59,101 nucleotides of DNA. Source: a bacterium (GTDB taxonomy: Bacteria; Patescibacteriota; Doudnabacteria; UBA920; VMFF01). Location: positions 1 to 59,101 of the forward strand of contig JAKCAE010000027.1 of assembly GCA_021842385.1 (NCBI GenBank), written 5' to 3'. Made by a program: the position numbers and the translations under genes. The notes below the pieces were generated by a model. It had not been told where the DNA came from and made no database searches. It saw only the letters and a program-made list of their open reading frames with translations. Every line of letters begins with the position of its first letter. Positions within the stretch are counted from its first letter, which is position 1. Below are positions 53,849-59,101 of this stretch, one piece after another.

Positions 53849-53873
53849 CAACTCCCCTTAAAAAGGGGAGTTG
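53849..53873 (+). terminator. Hairpin terminator after rpsI
   Basis: CAACTCCCCTT-aaa-AAGGGGAGTTG 11-bp stem. It is followed by TGaTATAAT (53873-53881), a possible promoter for the next gene. Confidence 0.55.
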
Positions 53874-53916
53874 TGATATAATAAAGGTAATTAATAAGTA
53901 AGCAGGAAGAAACAAA

Positions 53917-54660
53917 ATGCAATTCATTCCAAAATGGTTGGTACAAACCATTGCCGCAGTTGGAGCAGTGCTTCTAGTTGCTTTAACCATAAGCCAATTG
54001 TACACAGTAAAAAACAAGTTCAGAGAAATTGATGATAAGCACATCATAAATATATCTGCAGAAGGCAAAGTTACTGTTAAACCGGACCAGGCAATAGTTA
54101 ATGCCGGTGTTCAGACTGACGGAGCAACAGCAATTGACGCACAAAATGCAAACACCAACCTTGCCAACAAAATGATTGCTTTCGTTAAAGGTCAGGGTGT
54201 AGAGGATAAAGATGTTTCCACATCAGGATATAACTTGTATCCAAAATATGATTACACTAAAGGCAATGGCCAGATTACGGGATATACAGCTAATCAGTCA
54301 GTTACAGTCAAAGTTAATGATCTGGAAAAAGTTGGTAAGATCTTAGACGGTTTAACAAAGAACGGAGCAAATCAAATTAACGGAGTAAACTATACTTTCC
54401 AGGACCCTGATAATTTTAGAGAACAAGCTCGCGAAGCTGCTTTAAAGAATGCTCGTGAAAAAGCAGAAAACCTTGCTCGTGCAGCAGGAGTTCGTCTGGG
54501 TAAACTAATTACCTTTTCAGAAAATTCCGGTGGTATGCCGATCCCTTACTATGCTGATAAAGGTTATGGTATGGGAGGCGGCGGTGCTGCAGTTCCAAGT
54601 GTTGAACCAGGAGTTCAGGACATAACAGCCCAAATTTCAGTTTCTTACGAAATCTATTAA
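53917..54660 (+). CDS. SIMPL/DUF541-family secreted protein
   Basis: N-terminal TM/signal, then EGKVTVKPDQA, GYNLYP.YDY and GYTANQSVTVKV, typical of the SIMPL (26-kDa periplasmic immunogenic protein) family. Confidence 0.65.
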   Translation: MQFIPKWLVQTIAAVGAVLLVALTISQLYTVKNKFREIDDKHIINISAEGKVTVKPDQAIVNAGVQTDGATAIDAQNANTNLANKMIAFVKGQGVEDKDVSTSGYNLYPKYDYTKGNGQITGYTANQSVTVKVNDLEKVGKILDGLTKNGANQINGVNYTFQDPDNFREQAREAALKNAREKAENLARAAGVRLGKLITFSENSGGMPIPYYADKGYGMGGGGAAVPSVEPGVQDITAQISVSYEIY

Positions 54661-54672
54661 TTTCAGCTAGTT

Positions 54673-54703
54673 AAAGACCACCCCATAAAGAGGTGGTCTT
54701 TTT
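54673..54703 (+). terminator. Intrinsic terminator
   Basis: AAAGACCACC-ccataaaga-GGTGGTCTTTTT. Confidence 0.75.
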
Positions 54704-54739
54704 ACTTGATTTTTTCTCGTTATTATGTTATCGTACAAA

Positions 54740-55118
54740 AGCCTCAAGTAGTCTAGATAATCGCTGGTTAATATATAAATAGCCAGAGGAAAGTCCGAAC
54801 ACCCCTAAGAGTAATCTTGGGAAGCAAGTTGCTGGGAAATCCAGCCGGGAAGAGAGAAGGTTTGAAAAGTTCACGTGACTTTTCAAGAATGATCAAAGCC
54901 CAGGGATAGTGCAACAGAAACATGTCGCCGATGGCTTCTTTCAGAAGATCAGGCAAGAGTGAAATCGTGCGGTAAGAGCGCACGCGTGGACGCAGAGATG
55001 CGTTGCGGTGAAAACCCAACTTGGTGCAAGGTCAAATAGGCCCTTTAATGGGCGGGTTGGCCGCTTAGACAGATGATTATCCTCGACAGAATTCGGCTTA
55101 CAGGATTGCTTGAGGCTT
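54740..55118 (+). ncRNA. rnpB: RNase P RNA (bacterial type A-like)
   Basis: Universal GAGGAAAGTCCG (54786-54797) and ACAGAATTCGGCTTAC (55086-55101). P1 pairing AAGCCTCAAG / CTTGAGGCTT at the two ends, and P2 AGATAATC / GATTATCC. The 83-aa minus-strand ORF here is spurious. Confidence 0.85.
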
Positions 55119-55136
55119 TAAATTATATATTTGCGC

Positions 55137-56432
55137 ATGAAACGCTCAGAGTTAATATTTAATATAATATCCATTCCAGTAGACATCACCAGCTTGCTTT
55201 TCGCAGGCGTGATGTCTTTTTACATCCGCTTATATTTAGACACACGTTTTCCGGTCCTTTTCAAGCCTGACTTAAAAGAATTTATTCTCAATCTCCTTAC
55301 TATTATTCCAATTCTTCTGCTGATTTTTGCTTTTGCCGGTTTGTATAACTTAAGAGGCACGAGAAAGTTTTCTTACGAATTTTCAAGAATAATCGTTGCC
55401 ATAACCATTGCTTTACTGCTGATTGTTTTCATTTTCTTTTTTGATCAAACTTTTTTTAATTCCAGATTGATAATTTTAATTGGCTGGTTGGTTAGCATCT
55501 TAGTTTTAGGTTTGAGTAGATATGTTTTGAAAAAGATTCAAGTGGTTTTGTTAAATAAAGGGTTGGGGCTGCATAACTTGGTGGTGGTTGGTTCTCGAGA
55601 GAATCAGCATCCAATGCTTGAACAAATTAGAAAAGACAAAAATTTTGGTTATGAAATAGTTGCAGAAATAAAGGCTGATGAGAATGTCTTGGAGAAACTT
55701 GATCAAATATATCAAAAACAGAGATTTGAGGAACTTTTGCAAGCAGACCCTTCAGCTCCGGCATATCTTAATTCCCAGTTATTGCAATTTGCAAGACAAA
55801 AAGGTTTGACTTTTAATTACCTTCCAGATATTTTTGATGTCCAAAGAAACCATTTGGAAACCTTAACCATAGACGGCATACCCGTCATATCCATAAAAAA
55901 CACACCCCTGACAGGTTGGGGCAGTGTTGTCAAAAGGATTTTTGATATTATTCTTTCCTTAATTTCTTTAGTCCTAACATCGCCTTTTTTCTTGATAATA
56001 GCCATTGCCATAAAGATTGATTCCAAAGGCAAAGTTTTCTACGCAGCACCGCGCGGAGGATATAAAAAGGATTTTACTTTTTTCAAGTTTAGAACCATGT
56101 ATTCACATCTAAGTGTTGGTAAAGAATATGGCGGGCAAGAAGCAGAAAAAATACGTCAAGAACTTTGGAAACAAAACGCTCGAGGTGGAGAGTCTGGCGC
56201 TTTCCTAAAGATTAAAGATGATCCAAGAGTAACAAGAGTTGGTAAGATACTACGTAAGACAAAACTTGATGAAATACCTCAATTTTTTAACGTTTTGAGA
56301 GGGGATATGAGCATGGTCGGACCAAGAGCTCATGTTATTGATGAGGTAGACAGATATCGTGATCAATACAGAAGAATTTTTTCAATCAAGCCAGGGATAT
56401 TTGGCTTGTCCCAGATTGCTCAGATTTCCTAA
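55137..56432 (+). CDS. Polyprenyl-phosphate sugar-phosphate transferase (WbaP/EpsB-type priming enzyme), ends at a premature in-frame TAA
   Basis: Four or five N-terminal TM segments, then RIFDIILSLISLVLTSPFFLIIAIAIKIDSKGKVFY, KLDEIPQFFNVLRGDMSMVGPR and KPGIFGLSQ. The stop falls inside the conserved C-terminal region. Confidence 0.8.
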   Translation: MKRSELIFNIISIPVDITSLLFAGVMSFYIRLYLDTRFPVLFKPDLKEFILNLLTIIPILLLIFAFAGLYNLRGTRKFSYEFSRIIVAITIALLLIVFIFFFDQTFFNSRLIILIGWLVSILVLGLSRYVLKKIQVVLLNKGLGLHNLVVVGSRENQHPMLEQIRKDKNFGYEIVAEIKADENVLEKLDQIYQKQRFEELLQADPSAPAYLNSQLLQFARQKGLTFNYLPDIFDVQRNHLETLTIDGIPVISIKNTPLTGWGSVVKRIFDIILSLISLVLTSPFFLIIAIAIKIDSKGKVFYAAPRGGYKKDFTFFKFRTMYSHLSVGKEYGGQEAEKIRQELWKQNARGGESGAFLKIKDDPRVTRVGKILRKTKLDEIPQFFNVLRGDMSMVGPRAHVIDEVDRYRDQYRRIFSIKPGIFGLSQIAQIS

Positions 56433-56570
56433 CCAGATCTACCTTTTGAAGAGGAAATTAAGTTAAACACCTATTACATTGAAAACTGGTCTGTTTGGTT
56501 AGACCTTCAGATTCTTCTTAAGAGTTTCTATTATATTTTCTTTGGTAAAAAAAGCAGCGCTGATTATTAG
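56433..56570 (+). pseudogene. In-frame 45-codon remnant encoding the conserved C-terminus of the sugar transferase
   Basis: Reading straight on after the TAA at 56430-56432 gives PDLPFEEEIKLNTYYIENWSVWLDLQILLKSFYYIFFGKKSSADY*. This is the canonical family end (YYI.NWS.WLDL.IL). Confidence 0.7.
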
Positions 56571-56579
56571 AGAGTTAAT

Positions 56580-57662
56580 ATGAGAATCGCAATTGCACAT
56601 GATTCCATCACGCAGTTGGGAGGAGCAGAACGGGTGCTTCAGGCTCTGCACGAGCTTTACCCAGAAGCCCCTGTTTTTACTTTGGTCTACGACAAGAAAT
56701 TGAAGGAGCATTTTGAGGGTTGGACTATCGTTGCATCCCCGTTGCAATATCTGTATAATTTTGTGCCAAAGCTTCAATATTTATTACCTTTCATCCCTTT
56801 AGCACTAATGTTTTTTAATCTTAAAGGTTTTGATTTGGTTATTTCTTCAAGCTCCGGCTTTATCAAAAACTTGAAACTTCCCAAAGGAGTAAAACATTTC
56901 AGTTATTGCCACACGCCAACTAGATTTTTGTGGCTGGAACAAAAAGAATACTTAAAGCATGAAGTCCCGGCATTTTTTAGACCAATAGTTGGCATATATT
57001 TGAAATGGTTGAAAAGGTGGGATTTCAAACATGCTCAAAAGGTAGACTATTTCTGGGCTAATTCTCAAAATGTAAAAGAAAGAATCCAAAGATATTACAA
57101 AAGAGACAGTGAAATCCTTTATCCCTGGGTTGATTTAGAGAAGTTCTATCCTAGTGCTCCCAAAGAAAACCACTATCTTGTAGCCGGGCGTTTGCAAGCG
57201 CATAAGCGCGTTGATTTGGTAATCAAAGCTTTTAATGAACTGGGTAAAGAATTACATGTTGTAGGAACTGGTAGAGATGAGCAACGCTTAAAAAGCATGG
57301 CAGCTGAAAATATTATGTTCTTAGGAAGAATAGAAGACCAGGAGCTTTGCCAGGAGTATTCTTCTGCCAAAGCCTTTATTTTTCCCCAGGAAGAAGACTT
57401 TGGCTTAATGCCGCTTGAAGCAAATGCCTGTGCCACTCCTGTAATCGCTTTTGGTAAAGGTGGTGCTTTAGAGACTGTTATTCCAAACAAAACCGGCATT
57501 TTCTTTTATGAACAAGACCCAGAAGCTGTTGTCTCTGCTGTAAAAGAGTTTGAAAAGAAAACATTTTCTTCTGAGGATCTTTTTGAACAAGCACAGCGTT
57601 TTAGCAAAGAAAACTTCAAACAAAGAGTTGTTGAGCTTCTTTTGAAGAAAGGCTCTCTATGA
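56580..57662 (+). CDS. GT4-family glycosyltransferase
   Basis: MRIAIAHDSITQLGGAERV N-terminus and EDFGLMPLEANACATPVIA (E-x7-E). Confidence 0.8.
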   Translation: MRIAIAHDSITQLGGAERVLQALHELYPEAPVFTLVYDKKLKEHFEGWTIVASPLQYLYNFVPKLQYLLPFIPLALMFFNLKGFDLVISSSSGFIKNLKLPKGVKHFSYCHTPTRFLWLEQKEYLKHEVPAFFRPIVGIYLKWLKRWDFKHAQKVDYFWANSQNVKERIQRYYKRDSEILYPWVDLEKFYPSAPKENHYLVAGRLQAHKRVDLVIKAFNELGKELHVVGTGRDEQRLKSMAAENIMFLGRIEDQELCQEYSSAKAFIFPQEEDFGLMPLEANACATPVIAFGKGGALETVIPNKTGIFFYEQDPEAVVSAVKEFEKKTFSSEDLFEQAQRFSKENFKQRVVELLLKKGSL

Positions 57663-58792
57663 GAATCGTGATTGATTTAAGAAGTCTTATGGAAACAGGT
57701 GGCAAGATTTCGGGAGTTGAAAACTATCTCTTGAATGTTTTGCCTTTGATGAATCCAAAGCAAAACCTTTTTGAAGGTTTTTACAACAGTTTTAAAGATG
57801 TGCGCATGCCAAAGTTTAAAGAAGGGTTTAAAGTGTTGAGAAGATCAATTCCCAACAAAATTTTGAACACAACCCTGGCTTTTTTTTCTTTGCCAAAATT
57901 TGAGGATCTCTTTGCTCCTTTTGATGTTTTATGGATGCCTGATTTAAGACCCTTTGCTTTAAGCAAGAAGACAAAACTTGCCATAACCGCTCATGATCTT
58001 TCGCCGGTAATGCACCCCGAGTACTATTCTTTTAAACGCAGGATTTGGCATTGGTTGATCAGGCACAAGAAGTCATTTAAAAGAGCTGATTTAATATTCG
58101 CAATCTCTGAATATACAAAAAACGATTTGGTGGCTTTAGGAATTGAGCCTCAAAAGATTATGGTTATTAAGCACGGTTTAGATCATAATTTGTTCAACAC
58201 GAATATTTCTTTAGAAGAAAAAATACGGGTTAAGAATCAATACAAACTTCCGCAAAAGTTCCTTCTTTCAGTAAGCACGGTTGAGCCAAGAAAAAATATT
58301 GGAGGTTTGATAAAAGCCTTTGAGAAAATTGATGATCCGGATTTGTTTTTGGTCATAGCAGGAAGACTAGGTTGGCTTTATCAAGGAGTTTTAAAGCTTG
58401 CAGAAAGCTCTAGCAAGAAGGAGCGTATTATTTTTACAGGCTATGTTGAGGAAAAAGATAAACCGGCACTCATTTCTTCTGCGCATATAGTCTGTTACCC
58501 TTCTTTTTATGAAGGTTTTGGATTTGTCCCTTTAGAATCCATGGCCTCTGCTGTGCCTGTAATTACATCAGCAAAAACTGCAATGGCTGAGATTTGTGGC
58601 GATGCCGCTTTGCTTGTTGAACCTATGCAACTTCCTGAACTTGTTCGGGGAATAGAGGAGTTAAATACAAACAACGATTTAAGAAAATACTTCATTGCAA
58701 AAGGCTTGGAACATGTAAAGAATTTTTCCTGGGAAAAGAGTGCTTCAGAGATATCTGAGGCTTTAATACAATTAGCGCAAAACCAAGTATAA
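57659..58792 (+). CDS. GT4-family glycosyltransferase
   Basis: STVEPRKN, PSFYEGFGFVPLESMASAVPVITS. Overlaps the upstream stop codon. Confidence 0.8.
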   Translation: MRIVIDLRSLMETGGKISGVENYLLNVLPLMNPKQNLFEGFYNSFKDVRMPKFKEGFKVLRRSIPNKILNTTLAFFSLPKFEDLFAPFDVLWMPDLRPFALSKKTKLAITAHDLSPVMHPEYYSFKRRIWHWLIRHKKSFKRADLIFAISEYTKNDLVALGIEPQKIMVIKHGLDHNLFNTNISLEEKIRVKNQYKLPQKFLLSVSTVEPRKNIGGLIKAFEKIDDPDLFLVIAGRLGWLYQGVLKLAESSSKKERIIFTGYVEEKDKPALISSAHIVCYPSFYEGFGFVPLESMASAVPVITSAKTAMAEICGDAALLVEPMQLPELVRGIEELNTNNDLRKYFIAKGLEHVKNFSWEKSASEISEALIQLAQNQV

Positions 58793-58801
58793 TAGAGATA
58801 T

Positions 58802-59101
58802 ATGAGAATAGGGATTGATTTAAGAATGGCAGGATTAGAATATGGCATTGGTAGGTATTCTTTTGAGCTTGTCCGTAAAATCATTGATTTAGATCATGAA
58901 AATGAATATTTTTTGTTTGTCAGGGATCCAGAACAGTTTGTTAGGACAAACCTTGAATACCGACAAAATGTCTCTTTAATTAAAGCAGATTTTAGACACT
59001 ATTCTTTCTCTGAACAATTTAGTTTTAAGAGATTGCTTTTGCGTCATGATTTGGATTTAGTGCATTTTTTAAATTTTAATGTTCCCTTGCTGTACAACAA
59101 G
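58802..59101 (+). CDS. GT4-like glycosyltransferase, N-terminal fragment (runs off window)
   Basis: My translation from the ATG at 58802 reads MRIGIDLRMAGLEYGIGRYSFELVRKIIDLDHENEYFLF...DLVHFLNFNVP. This parallels the N-termini of the GT4 genes at 39143 and 57659. Confidence 0.65.
   Translation, partial: MRIGIDLRMAGLEYGIGRYSFELVRKIIDLDHENEYFLFVRDPEQFVRTNLEYRQNVSLIKADFRHYSFSEQFSFKRLLLRHDLDLVHFLNFNVPLLYNK

Noticed and set aside
54768-55019. 83-aa minus-strand ORF
   Set aside because: It falls entirely within the RNase P RNA gene, where conserved GGAAAGTCCG and ACAGAATTCGGCTTA elements and P1/P2 pairing are present. It is not coding.
1-59101. CRISPR arrays, IS elements, integrases, prophage genes and toxin-antitoxin pairs
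   Set aside because: I found no spaced direct-repeat array, transposase or integrase motif, or phage structural gene while reading the ORFs and intergenic regions. The only tandem DNA repeats are the in-frame modules of the surface-protein gene.

Overview
AT-rich chromosomal segment from a small-genome, apparently monoderm bacterium. Hand counts of sampled host lines give about 40% G+C or lower. It uses the standard genetic code, because TGA ends conserved genes at their expected lengths. A CPR/Patescibacteria-like origin is my inference only. The housekeeping backbone runs: dnaB (partial), dinB, mraZ-rsmH-ftsL-ftsI-murF, tRNA-Glu, ppa, cls, scpBA, aspS, maf, lgt, rhamnose-nucleotide genes, alaS, pgi, then infA-rpmJ-rpsM-rpsK-rpsD-rpoA-rplQ-rplM-rpsI and RNase P RNA. 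A large cell-envelope block is interleaved with it. This block holds a CAP-domain protein, a sortase, a 1019-aa Ser/Thr-rich repeat adhesin with an APKTG sorting signal, an S8 protease and a secreted repeat protein. It also holds a flippase, a Wzy_C-family membrane protein, several GT2/GT4 glycosyltransferases and a priming sugar transferase interrupted by an in-frame TAA. The most unusual content is two sharply GC-rich orphan-gene islands (about 5.4-7.3 kb and 28.7-30.0 kb). The second is inserted exactly between the sortase and its putative substrate. Regulatory sites readable from the sequence include a GAAC-N4-GTTC SOS-type box on the dinB start, a 10-bp-phased GTGG array downstream of a consensus promoter at mraZ, and several consensus sigma-70-like promoters and intrinsic terminators. 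I saw no CRISPR array, integrase or transposase. All functional calls rest on motifs I recognised by eye; no database search was possible.
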